Shown piece by piece: positions 48,130 to 59,100 of a stretch of DNA of 64,000 nucleotides (position 1 is the first letter of the stretch; each line of letters starts with the position of its first letter). This DNA is from an uncultured Pseudomonadales bacterium (GTDB taxonomy: Bacteria > Patescibacteriota > Microgenomatia > UBA1400 > MFAQ01), in assembly GCA_964487665.1 (NCBI GenBank), contig CAZARR010000001.1, forward strand, positions 19,982-83,981. The letters run 5' to 3'. The translations under genes and the position numbers were made by a program. The notes under the pieces are model-generated. The model worked only from the letters and a program-made list of their open reading frames with translations. It ran no database searches and was not told where the DNA came from.

Positions 48130-48683
48130 TGGACACATCATATCATAGGCTGCACTGCGCTGACATGAGCCTTGTACGTCAGTTCATTATGGAGCACTTC
48201 GTAGAGCGTTACGGTGATAGCCTTGCACACTCGCCTGTCGATGAGGAAGGACTAAGCAATGGCTTATCCACATGGGACGAGCAGGACGATAGCGCACTGA
48301 TGGAGTACAGCACTAAGCACGTAGGTGTCGAGTTCATCATGGTACAAGCTGACTATGCGGGCACCACGTCGGAGCCGAGTGGCATATACGCTATCTTCAA
48401 AGATGGTGTCGTTACCTTCATCCAAGGCATACGATGGTTCACCGATGACCGTCCCTTTGTCTTTGAGGCATACCTGCTATCGAAAGACTGGTGGCGCGGC
48501 AATGGCGACGACTACCACAAGAAGCAGAGTAAGCACAGCATCATAGTCGATGAGACGTGCATCTACTTCGGCGAGGAGCGTTACCGCAAGCCACAGAGCG
48601 AACAGGAGGCGGAGTGTATGCTGTATATGCTCGGCATTAACAACCAGCGCCCGGAGGTGTTGGACATACGGAGACTACCATGA
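48129..48683 (+). CDS. Hypothetical protein (184 aa)
   Basis: AAAGGAGGT SD. Confidence 0.5.
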   Translation: MDTSYHRLHCADMSLVRQFIMEHFVERYGDSLAHSPVDEEGLSNGLSTWDEQDDSALMEYSTKHVGVEFIMVQADYAGTTSEPSGIYAIFKDGVVTFIQGIRWFTDDRPFVFEAYLLSKDWWRGNGDDYHKKQSKHSIIVDETCIYFGEERYRKPQSEQEAECMLYMLGINNQRPEVLDIRRLP

Positions 48684-49045
48684 GCGAAAAGGTGATACGA
48701 TACTACATGCCAAGCAGTGGAAGCGAGGGCGACTTCTTCATAGAGAAGTGGTGCATGAACTGCGCCAGCAGCAACCAGTACCAGAGCGATGTCATAATAG
48801 TGCAGCACGGCTCGGTACAATGCAGCATACTCGATGATAGCATGATGAGCAACCACGTTGACCAATGGCGGTATGGAGATGATGGCAAGCCTATGTGCAC
48901 AGGGTTCAAGCGGCACGATTGGGAGCAGGGTGCGCCACAGAGTACTACGCCAAACCCTAACCAGTTGGAGATATGGGACGCCGATGCGTGTGTCATAAAG
49001 AAAGAGATGACACGCGATGAGATAAAAGACGAAGGAACAAGATAA
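48680..49045 (+). CDS. Small Cys4 protein (C-x2-C ... C ... C), possible zinc ribbon; last gene of the plus block
   Basis: ATGA coupling. Followed by a bidirectional terminator. Confidence 0.45.
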   Translation: MSEKVIRYYMPSSGSEGDFFIEKWCMNCASSNQYQSDVIIVQHGSVQCSILDDSMMSNHVDQWRYGDDGKPMCTGFKRHDWEQGAPQSTTPNPNQLEIWDADACVIKKEMTRDEIKDEGTR

Positions 49046-49059
49046 GGAGTAACAACAAA

Positions 49060-49091
49060 GGGGGTACACCATCGCGGCGTATCCCCTTTTT
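49060..49091. terminator. Bidirectional rho-independent terminator between convergent blocks
   Basis: GGGGGTAC-ACCATCGCGGC-GTATCCCC-TTTTT on the plus strand. The minus strand reads GGGGATAC...CCCCC-TTTGTTGTT. Confidence 0.65.
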
Positions 49092-49125
49092 CCTTCTATG
49101 GCAAACAAAAGACCAATGAAACACC

Positions 49126-50115
49126 TTATCGTCCAAACGTATCTTGTAGCATCTGTAACATCTCCGGTTGCGGGTGTATGTCGCTCTTACTGCCCTCTTT
49201 GCGTAGGCTCGTATGGCTCACCAAGCCCCTTTTTCCTTCTATCGCCGCTGTGTCAGTCCTAAGCCACGTCCAGTCCATGTAGTCCCTCTTGTCGGGTATG
49301 AAGTAGCCACCATCGCGTAGTGCCTTCAGTAGCACCTTGACAGCCTCTATCTGCTCCGGCGTATAACGCTCGAACCAATGGCTGCCATTCCACTTAGTAT
49401 CATACCGTATGCACATCTCCTCGTCCATATCGACACGCACCACATGTCCCGTCTTGCTATCTTTGTACTCGCGGTATGGCTTACCGTTCCTATCCTCCTT
49501 CAATGCGCCCCAGCAGCATATCTCTATCCCTATGCTACTCTGCGCCATGTACATCTCGTGGCTCTTACTGATGTGCTTATTGTCAGCCCGCATGTTGATA
49601 TGGTACGCCCACCATGCCAGCGGTGCCGTCTGTAAGATAGTACCATCGCTGCCAATACAGTAGTGCGTAGCATATCCCTTATCGTCGAAGTGCTGCGACA
49701 CATTGAAAGGGTTACCACCACTGACGGTATGGTGTAGCACCACCATCTTCTTCACTGTCGTCTCCTCGGTGAACTGCTTGACGTTATAGTTCAAGTGGTC
49801 GTAGCTCCACTTCACACCTGGCATAGAGCGCATATCCAAGTCGTCATAGAGCGATAGTATCATGCTCATCTCATCATGACTTATAATGCCATTGACAGGC
49901 AAGCTCATCATCTGCTGTAAGCCACGTACCGCCGCATCGGTAGCACTGCCATAGTCACCATCGACTACAGGCTTATACTTGCCATCCGTTAGCTCACCGA
50001 TAGAGTGCTGTATCAGCATCACCATGCGCTTATGAGCCTCGCCGCTCATCTTCCATGTGCCATGCGACGGCTCTGCGATACCGCCTTTGCTATATCCTCT
50101 CGTGTTTGCTATCAT
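49126..50115 (-). CDS. Endolysin: N-terminal PG_binding_1-like domain plus N-acetylmuramoyl-L-alanine amidase (Amidase_2/PGRP)
   Basis: DGDYGSATDAAVRGLQ (PG-binding). VVLHHTVSGG...HYCIGSDGTILQ...SIGIEICCWG...GLVSHTSL...KSDIHP (amidase_2 zinc and substrate motifs). Confidence 0.75.
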   Translation of the reverse strand: MIANTRGYSKGGIAEPSHGTWKMSGEAHKRMVMLIQHSIGELTDGKYKPVVDGDYGSATDAAVRGLQQMMSLPVNGIISHDEMSMILSLYDDLDMRSMPGVKWSYDHLNYNVKQFTEETTVKKMVVLHHTVSGGNPFNVSQHFDDKGYATHYCIGSDGTILQTAPLAWWAYHINMRADNKHISKSHEMYMAQSSIGIEICCWGALKEDRNGKPYREYKDSKTGHVVRVDMDEEMCIRYDTKWNGSHWFERYTPEQIEAVKVLLKALRDGGYFIPDKRDYMDWTWLRTDTAAIEGKRGLVSHTSLRKEGSKSDIHPQPEMLQMLQDTFGR

Positions 50116-50135
50116 AGTGTTTAGTCCCCATTGTG

Positions 50136-51266
50136 TTACGGTGATACCCGTATGCGTAAGTAAACGTTGAATGCTCGTGGTGCTATCGTCAGCGGTGTTA
50201 CAGGGTTAGCACCCCACGTGTCCGTCGTGCCACTGAAAGCATGGCTATGTATGCCATCGGTCTCTGTGTTGGTAAGGTTCTCACCTGACGCACCACCACC
50301 GTTGCCATCGACAACGACATAGCCGGCATCGGCTTCATGTACCCGTATCTGATGCGAGTGCTGACCATCGGTGTTTGTCGTACCTGTGAAGTCGTGCGTA
50401 TGCTGCGGTATGTTAGCCTCTACGAGAGAGATGTTATCACTACCCGTCATGGTACCTAACGCAACGCTGCTCGTCTTGACAGCACGTAGGTACGCATCAC
50501 TCGTTTGGTTAGGTAGCTGAAACGTAGCACCACCACCGCCATACGTATAACCTATCTTGGCAAAGAGGTCTGGATAGTTGGCTACGAGTAGCACCTGACC
50601 ATTGGGCTCCATGTACTTAGCACCCCACAGACCTGGAGGCTCGATAGTGGCTTCCACCTTGGCTACTGCTTTCACTTGCTCGGCATACAATGTATCGGCG
50701 ATGAAGTCGGTGGCATCAGCAAGGGCACGCTGGTACTGCGCCAATATGTTCAACGCTGACTGTAGCGTAGCAGGAGCATTGAGAGTAAGCGTAGCAACGC
50801 TATACGGGAAACCACCTTGTAGCTCTTTGACACTGACGTTCTGTGTCGTGTTGATATCATCGGCATCATAGACGGCTGGTGCAGGAGGGACGAAGTTGAG
50901 TGCTATCTCGATATCCTCTATCCCCTTGCCGCTCTCGTCATCACCATCAACAGGAGTACCGCGCACCACCGGCGTCAGTGTTACGTTAGCTCCTGCTATC
51001 AGCTTTGGTAGCTGCTGCGGCTGCACGAACGTCTTGAACCCCAAGGGGCTCTCACCCGCTTGGTCGCTGCCGTCCCTGTTGTTCACCTTGTCATCGCTTG
51101 TGCTCTTGACTATGCCAGCCTTCGTCTTTGTTGGAGTGTCCTCTACATGGCGGAAGAAAGGCACGCTATCGAGTAGGTCGCGAAAGGTCTCCTCCGTAGG
51201 TATGTCGCCATTCTTTAGCTTATCCAATAGTGGTCCAAAGAACCACTCCCTTTTCTGTCTGCTCAT
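50136..51266 (-). CDS. Tail fibre protein with a phage tail-collar domain and His-box receptor-binding tip
   Basis: YPDLFAKIGYTYGGGGATFQLPN (collar domain). HTHDF...GQHSHQ...GIHSHAFSGTT (HxH boxes). Confidence 0.7.
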   Translation of the reverse strand: MSRQKREWFFGPLLDKLKNGDIPTEETFRDLLDSVPFFRHVEDTPTKTKAGIVKSTSDDKVNNRDGSDQAGESPLGFKTFVQPQQLPKLIAGANVTLTPVVRGTPVDGDDESGKGIEDIEIALNFVPPAPAVYDADDINTTQNVSVKELQGGFPYSVATLTLNAPATLQSALNILAQYQRALADATDFIADTLYAEQVKAVAKVEATIEPPGLWGAKYMEPNGQVLLVANYPDLFAKIGYTYGGGGATFQLPNQTSDAYLRAVKTSSVALGTMTGSDNISLVEANIPQHTHDFTGTTNTDGQHSHQIRVHEADAGYVVVDGNGGGASGENLTNTETDGIHSHAFSGTTDTWGANPVTPLTIAPRAFNVYLRIRVSP

Positions 51267-51278
51267 ACGATATGATGT

Positions 51279-51797
51279 TTATACGTTATACAATAGGTTG
51301 GTATCATCGGGCATGCTCGGTGGCACATCGGCACGTCGTTGCTTATCCACTTGGAACAATATGCTATTACAGCCTGTGTTGCCTTGTATCTGCATGACGG
51401 AGATACCATCGGGTAGTGGTCGTACACCGGCGATGCGTAGCAGTGGTCTTATGTCCAGACCATGACAGTCAGCCTCCTTGATGAGGCACATCACCATGTC
51501 GTCCGGCACGAAGCTACCAAGGGGCAGCACATCGGGGCAGCCGTCATCATCGCTATCCGTTGCGTACCATGTGTTATAGTCCCATGCACGCCAATAGACC
51601 GATACGAGGTAGAACAGCACCCGTGTCAAGGTGTCGTGTCGCTTATGGTAGCCGCTGACATCAATGCCGAAGCGTGCCTTCTGCGGCACTACGGTAAGGT
51701 AGTCTTGATAGTATGGTCGTGCTGCACTCAACAGGTTGCCATACCACTGACTAAAGCAGGTGTTGAACAGTGCGTTATCCACAGCACCCTCCCCCAC
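51279..51797 (-). CDS. Hypothetical ORF (172 aa) with a GTG start and no SD. Possibly the C-terminal continuation of the upstream ORF via a frameshift at the poly-G tract.
   Basis: Overlaps the upstream ORF by 23 nt, in the +1 frame. No ATG near the 5' end. Confidence 0.35.
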   Translation of the reverse strand: MGEGAVDNALFNTCFSQWYGNLLSAARPYYQDYLTVVPQKARFGIDVSGYHKRHDTLTRVLFYLVSVYWRAWDYNTWYATDSDDDGCPDVLPLGSFVPDDMVMCLIKEADCHGLDIRPLLRIAGVRPLPDGISVMQIQGNTGCNSILFQVDKQRRADVPPSMPDDTNLLYNV

Positions 51798-53097
51798 CGC
51801 CGCTTATTGTCGGTGTGAATGGCTGATGCAGCGTAACGGTACTCGGCACTATGCCATTCTCGCCACAGGCACCACACGTCTTATCTGTCGGGCAGCCACA
51901 GCCCTCTATCATCTTATACCATCTATCCCATAGCAGCACTGTTGGCTGTAGTCGTGCGAGGTTCGCCGCTTGGTCATCGTGTAGGTTGCCGAACTGCCAT
52001 ATATGATGCTCCTGCAATAGTGGCATTATACCCCATACCGTAAGGCGCATCACCTCGTCTAACCACTTCTCTCCCGTTGGTGGGTTCTCACAACGTGGAG
52101 CGCAAGGGTCGTAGCAACAGAGCCATTCGCGCATCTTGGTCTGTAAGCAGTTCCAGAAGCGGCACCACTCCCATAGTGTCGTACACCATTGTATCTCTAC
52201 ATCAGTCAGTGTACCTTGCGCCAAGGTGAAGACAAGCTCGGGGCACTCCTCATTGAGCGGTATGATGATACCTGCTATCTCATCAGGTCCGGGTACGTCA
52301 AACGGTGTCCCTGCATTCGATATGCTACCTATGACCAACGAACGGAAAGCATTGAACTGGTCGTTATCTGTTAGGTCGTAGTAGCTCGGTGGTGGTGTAA
52401 TCTGCTCAACGCCGTCTATTAGTACCGACGTAACGAAGTCGTAACCCGGAGGCGATGAGGGCGCGAAGTAGGCGCATGCCTTAACGACAGGGCTATAGTT
52501 GACACCATCGACAGTCCAACGGTTCACCACTGCACCACCGATGTAGCCCACGAGTAAGCGATAGCCTGTAGTGTCAGGGTATAACACGTCCCATCCACCA
52601 GTCATGACGTTACCCGGCGCGAACATATTAGCTACATATGCTTGTCCTGTACCTACGCCATAGTTGGTTAGTGCCGTCAGCATGTTAGCGGGCACACCAA
52701 GTGTCGAGGCACCATCAACACCTGCATCGTACAGTGTTATGTTATTCACTGTGTCGCGCACTATGGTGATAGCATCGCCTACGTTCTTAACCCCTATGTC
52801 GAAGACGGCGATATGCATTACAAGGGCTGTCACATCAACGGTGTCAGTAACGGTGAGTACCTGACAGCCACCAGTACCAGTAACGGAGTACATACCATCT
52901 GCCGGCAGTATGATGTTGTACGTTCCGAGTGGTGCTATGGTGAACTGCACGCTATAAGGAGTGGAGCCCGACGTCAGCCGCGTAACGGTAACGGTCTGCT
53001 CACACTCCGTCTTATTGTGTAGCGTGTAGTCGTAGCACTTGCTCTTCGTTATCCGTATATGGTCGTTCTCATTATACGGTGCTTCACTACATAACAT
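51775..53097 (-). CDS. Tail fibre or receptor-binding-like protein (440 aa), Cys-rich with a poly-Gly C-terminus
   Basis: Beta-rich T/V/G composition. CxxC-rich C-terminal third. Ends SGGGGGCCG at the G5 tract. Confidence 0.45.
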   Translation of the reverse strand: MLCSEAPYNENDHIRITKSKCYDYTLHNKTECEQTVTVTRLTSGSTPYSVQFTIAPLGTYNIILPADGMYSVTGTGGCQVLTVTDTVDVTALVMHIAVFDIGVKNVGDAITIVRDTVNNITLYDAGVDGASTLGVPANMLTALTNYGVGTGQAYVANMFAPGNVMTGGWDVLYPDTTGYRLLVGYIGGAVVNRWTVDGVNYSPVVKACAYFAPSSPPGYDFVTSVLIDGVEQITPPPSYYDLTDNDQFNAFRSLVIGSISNAGTPFDVPGPDEIAGIIIPLNEECPELVFTLAQGTLTDVEIQWCTTLWEWCRFWNCLQTKMREWLCCYDPCAPRCENPPTGEKWLDEVMRLTVWGIMPLLQEHHIWQFGNLHDDQAANLARLQPTVLLWDRWYKMIEGCGCPTDKTCGACGENGIVPSTVTLHQPFTPTISGGGGGCCG

Positions 53098-53118
53098 ATT
53101 ATCGTGTTTTAAGTGTTA

Positions 53119-56100
53119 CTAATACTCGTTATCCCACTTGCCATCAGCACCACGTTCGCCAATGATAAGGTCTTCATATAGCATCTTGGTGTTACGATAT
53201 GTACCAGAGAATGACGACGCCCAGCCATCTGCTACGTCACCGATGTACTCCTTAGCATCTTTATCTCGCTTGCTGATAGTGCCGTCCTTATTGACTATAT
53301 CCTGCTCGAAGCCAAGTCTATAAGGTAGTAATACCGTCTCCCATACATTGCTCACTGTGCCGCCAAGCATAGATAGTATAGCATTAGGCTTGCTCTTGAC
53401 ATCGTTGTACATAGACAACGGATAGCCGGCAGCAAGCTGTTCGCGTAACCCCTCGACGAAGACATAACGCACCGTCTCCTCACCCATGCTATCCTCCTTC
53501 TCCTCATCATCGTCGAGTAGTGCCTGCAAGACAGCCATCCCTATACCTACGACAGCGCCATGTAAGATAAGCAATAATACGTTACGAGTGCGCCAACTGT
53601 TCCATTCTATCTTCTTACCACTACGCATATCACGTACAGCCTTGAACATAGCACCTATGGTCTGCACTATGCCCTCAACAGGACGACCAACCCATACCAC
53701 CTTACCATTCACTACCGTCTTACCGCCAAGCAGGTCTTCCTCATCCGATGGTCTATACCATGTCTGTAATAGGTTGAGCATATAGGAACGCATCGTCAGT
53801 GCAGCACGACCCAAGCCGAAGCCTTGTAAGTGCGACTTCATAGTAGGGTCTGTCATCTCGCCAGCGAAACGCTCCACGATAGCACGTATGCGGTGCATCT
53901 CCTTGGTGTCATACGGAGCAGCCAACGTATCGCTATCCTTTGCCGTTATGCCCTCTCGCTTCTGTCTATGCAGCGTGTCCTCCAATAGCAGCTTACCATT
54001 ATCTGTCAAGACACCATCTTTGTAGAAACGCTTATCCTTAGTCTGGTCATATACGAGCTTGCCATCAACCATATCGAAGGCATCATAGATACCCTCTTCT
54101 ATGAGTTGTGCTGTCATGCCTAATAGCTTGGTGTAATACTCACCATACCACATACCTATCATGCCGGTATCGTTGTTCAAGGCATTGCCCTGTGTGGCGT
54201 TATAGCGTAAGTGGTTCAATAGGTCACGCTCGCTACGCCCTGTCGTATGCAGCAGCCTGTTGATAGCCTCTACCTTAGCCGACTGTGTAGTAAGCTCCGA
54301 TGTAGCACGCGCCACCGCCGATGTACCGAACAGACCACTACCGCTGACAGCATTCATCACACTGCCAAGTAGCACCTTAGAGGCGTTCGACACCATGTTC
54401 TTAACAGCAACGAGTGGAGCGAAAGCGAGACCAATAGAGTACACCGCCTTCTGCGCCACACCGACTACCTTATCAACCTCCACCATAGCACCCATCAGCT
54501 TTAGCTTGATGCTATCAGGCAGCTTACCGAATAGCGTCCTATCTGCATATACACGTACCACATCTTCCAAGTCCCTGCTATCAACACCACGCTCGCGTAA
54601 GCTACGTATGATATCCAATGCTATCTGTGCATCCTTGGCAGCACGAGACAGTAACCGCGCCCTTGCACTCTGGTTGATAGTGAAGTTGTATATGTCTTGT
54701 ACGTTATAGCTTAGATTACGTTGCATCGCCGCCTCTGCATCACCATCTACACGTAGCGTGCCGTCCTCATCAACGGAGATACCTAATAGCTTCATGCGTT
54801 GCTTACCACCATAGAGCACATCCTCATCGAACTGCTGCCACAATAATGAGTAGATGTTAGGCTTGTCAACACCGGTGTCAGGGTCGTAGAAGCTCTCACT
54901 CGGCGATTCGATGTTCATCAGGTTATCAACGGTGAGGCGCACATAGTCGCTCATCTGTCCCTGCTCTAACGCTGCCTCGGCACGCCGTGGCATAGCAGGT
55001 AGCATACCACCTTTCAGTAGCTTCTCTGCCTTCTCCTTAGATAGACGCTTACGTTCACTCTCCTCCTTGTATCTAACAGTACCATCGGTGATGTATAGGT
55101 ACTGTGCAAGCTCATCGACAAGGCGTTGGTGTATCTCCTTTCCAAGCAGTACCATCTCACGTGTGAGACCGCTGTTAGGGTCATTCAACGCCTTGATAGT
55201 ATCGGCATCGTTGAGGTCGGTGTGTAAGGCATGTATAGAGACGGTGATGCTCTTACCATTAGCATCTAATGCCTGCACCTTCTTGAACATAGGCATGAAT
55301 AGCTTATGCGCCCCACCGAGAATACCGAGCTTCTTATGCTTGTTGTTAAGCTCCTTCGTCTTACTCTGCATCCACTCGATATGAGGCGTTATGGTAGTAC
55401 GGACGGAGCGCAGCCCCTGCTCTATGCTATCACGAACCCACACCTTGATAGGGTTAGACCAACGGCTACTATCACGTATCCACTTCTCATCGAATGCCTC
55501 AAGCCCTATCGTCATAGGATTGTAACGACGTGTGCGTAGCTGTCTGTACCAGTCGGAAAGCATGATGTACTCGTCATCTTTCGCTATGCTATCTCTATCG
55601 CCATCATGTACTGTGCTGCGTAGCCATGATAGCCTGTTATAGACAAGCTGCTCCAGTATATCCATCATCTCGACATCGCCTTGCTGTGCCTTCTGCGCCG
55701 TCTCCATCATCTTATCTAACCATGTAACGCTATTGCCTTCCATGCGCGAGTGTAACGTCTGACTATATGCCAGTACGTTATCCAATACGTTGCCCATGTA
55801 ACGCTCGGCATCGAGTAGGCTCTTATCCTCCATGATAGAGAAGACACCACCCTCTAAGCGCTCCATGATGAAAGGGTCGTCCATGATGATACGCTGCACC
55901 TGACCAAGGAGGTCTGTCATGAGACGGTGCTGCATCTTAGAGGCATCCCATGACGATGCATTCACACTCGTAGTGCGCTTCCCTGTCGCCTTCATCAATG
56001 CCATACCTATGACAGCACCCTTGAGAGCCAATCGGCTGCCCATAGAGTTGTCTAACCGTATGCCACTCCTATCACGACCGCTGCGTACCAACACCTTAGA

Positions 56101-59100
56101 CAACGAGTGGTTGTTAGCACTAAGGTACTCGCCTGTTACCATCCATACCTCGTAACGCTCCATTGGCGTATCAGCATCTTTGACGACTACCATGCTCTCA
56201 TCGGTAACGGCAGCAGCAGGGACACCAAGCTTAACGATTTCATCACCTACTATCGCCTTATCGAGACCGGGGCGGAACCCTATCGCCTTTATCCATGTGC
56301 GTAGCTGCTGTGTGCGTAGCTCCTTAGTCTCCTCCTTAGAGTATAAGGACCAGTCTTTCCAGTTCGTTGCAGCAGCAGTGTACATCGTATCGCTGTCTGT
56401 ATTAGTAAGAGCATTGAGCCATGCAGCAAGACCATCAACGGGGCGTACCATAGCCTTGACGCTGCTCTCTAACGTAGCAACGGTGGCACGCACCTCGTCT
56501 TCTGTGTATCGCTTGCCATTCTGATGCTCCCATGCTATCACCTTGCCTGTCGGTGTAGTCCATAGCTTATGACCGCTGCGGTAGCTATTCATGGCACTAC
56601 GCATCAGCTTGGCACGTACAGGGTCGGTGCTGCCATCTCTACGGACGAAGACATCATCTATGTTACTCATCGTCATGCCACGTACAGCCGCTGTCGCCTG
56701 CGTCCTCAATGTCTTAGGCATGATAGACCACATAACAGGTGTTATCATGGTATTGGCTCCCTTCAACACCTGCTCTATGCGCTCCGATAGCTCGCCAAGG
56801 GTAGAAGCCATATTGACAATGGTAGTGTCTCCTTCTATCGCTTTACCCAATGTCTGTCGTATGGCATCATTAAGGCTCATGCCTATCATCGCCTCGACAC
56901 CTTGCTGCACCTCACGCTTGAGTCCCATTGACACTATCCCCTGACCGTAGTAGTGCCCTGTCTGTATCAGGTATGCCATCGCCTCCAACTGCAACGTCAT
57001 GTCATCGGCTCCGGGGTGTAGCTCCTCCACGATGCGCCACAATGGTGTCTCTCTAAGTGCATCTATCCATCTGCTCCACTGTGGGTCGTTTATCATAGCA
57101 GCAGACCATAGGTGTCCCCACTCGTGCAGCACGGCACCACTATCGGCAAGCTGACGTGATAGATAGACGATAGGAGTACCATCGGCTCCCGTCTCTATAT
57201 GTGCAGGCGTGTCATAGTCATCAACCCATACTGTCTGTATCGGCTTATTATCGAACTCGCTACCATATATCATGTTACTACCGAGCAGCGATACAAGCGA
57301 CTGTAGCATATCCTCGCCTTGCATCACACTGGTACGTTGGTTCAAGGTGCTGCGTACTATCGTATATGATGCGTTGCGATACACCAACTCCTCGCGTTTA
57401 TTCATGTAGCTATCACTAACACCTGTCACTATCGCTATGCTACCGTCAGCCATGTGCAATACATCACCTGTCTTATACGGGTGCCCTGTGACACGTCGTA
57501 TTGTTCCTTTGCCATCGTTGAGGTGGCTCGCCATCTGTGTAGCATCGAGGCGCACCTCACGCCACTGTGTACGACCATGATACATGACACCGTGTATGGC
57601 AGCCTCCTTGTCGGTCTGCTTGTCTAACCATGCCTTAGCGACACCGCTATTGAGCGCTGCTATGACACCTGCTATGTCGCCATTGGCATACTGCTGTATC
57701 ACACCGTTGAAGATAGTACGCAATGTATCAACGCTCTGTCCTGTCTGCTCCGCTATATCGGCAAGCATCGTCTCTGTACCTTTAGGGTTTACACGTAGGC
57801 GGGCATAGCTGTCATCGCTGCTATATGAGGTCTCCGAGATACCGACCTTGGTGGTCCACATCTCGATATCGCCTATCAGACCACTGCCACTACGCACCGT
57901 AGCATGCTCTATACCACTAAGCATATCACGCACCTTAGACCACTGCGATGCATCGGCAGCACTCATCTTACCGATGCTCTCCTTGGCAGCATGAACCCAG
58001 CGTACAAGGTAGTCTGCTACGTTGCCATAGCTGCTATCATCACGTAGCCGTACCTGCTTACCCGTACGTTGGCTATTAACCATCTCCATCAGCGATGCAA
58101 TGGCACGCGGCTCCGTAGTGCTAAGGATAGCAGCACGATATATCTGCAATAGCCTATCCTCCTCCGATGCTATGAATGCCTGACGGTCTAACGTTATGGT
58201 CTGCTCTCTCCAACGTCGCTTGATGCTCTCACGATGTGCATAATACTCATTCATTGACGATATACGCTCACGACCGGGCTGTACCTCGAAGGCAGGCTCA
58301 CCGTCTCTTGTGCTGCGCCATAGTGCCTCTACCGTCAAGCCACCAACGGTAGGTAACGATGTGACAGATAATGGGCTGCTGTCGAACACACCGACACGGA
58401 TAGCACCGATGCCACCATAGCGAGACCATGATAGGTTAGAGGCATTGCGTAGGTTAGCATGCACCTTGATACGCTTGCCGGCAATGTATATGTTAGTGGC
58501 ATAGTCCGATGCTGGACCGTTAGCACCGATAGGCGGCATACGCTCACCTTGTGCTACACCCTTACTGTCGAACCGCATCAACGGTACGTTGGTATGGTCA
58601 AGAACCTGCGTGAAGAAGTTACGCAATAGAGCAGGTAGCTCCTTTGTGTTGTCTTGCACGACAGGGTTAAGCATAGTGTCGATATGACGGCTATATGCCT
58701 TATGTAGCTTCGGTGTTATCACCTTGGCAAGACCACCCTTACGGCGGTACTCGAACCCGAACCGTAACACCTGATATAGCTCGAAGAGGTCGCGTAGGTC
58801 AGATGGTATATTAGCGAATCCTGTCCGTAGGCGTTGCATCATCACATCGTCATACTCGGCAAGGCGGGCAAGGGTGATATGCTCTGTCCCTCCCTGCGGT
58901 ATTATCTCCATCTCCTGCAATAGGAACTGCACCTCCGGCAGTCCTGTCCAGTCGAGAGAGCCGGTACGTGCCTTAGCATTACGCACCTCTGTCGCTAATA
59001 GTGCAGCGAGGTCAACGATAGCTCTGTTACGCCCCGGTGCTGTACGTAGGTCTATGTTGTAATACTTATTATCATGTAGCTGTATGTACGGAACACCATT

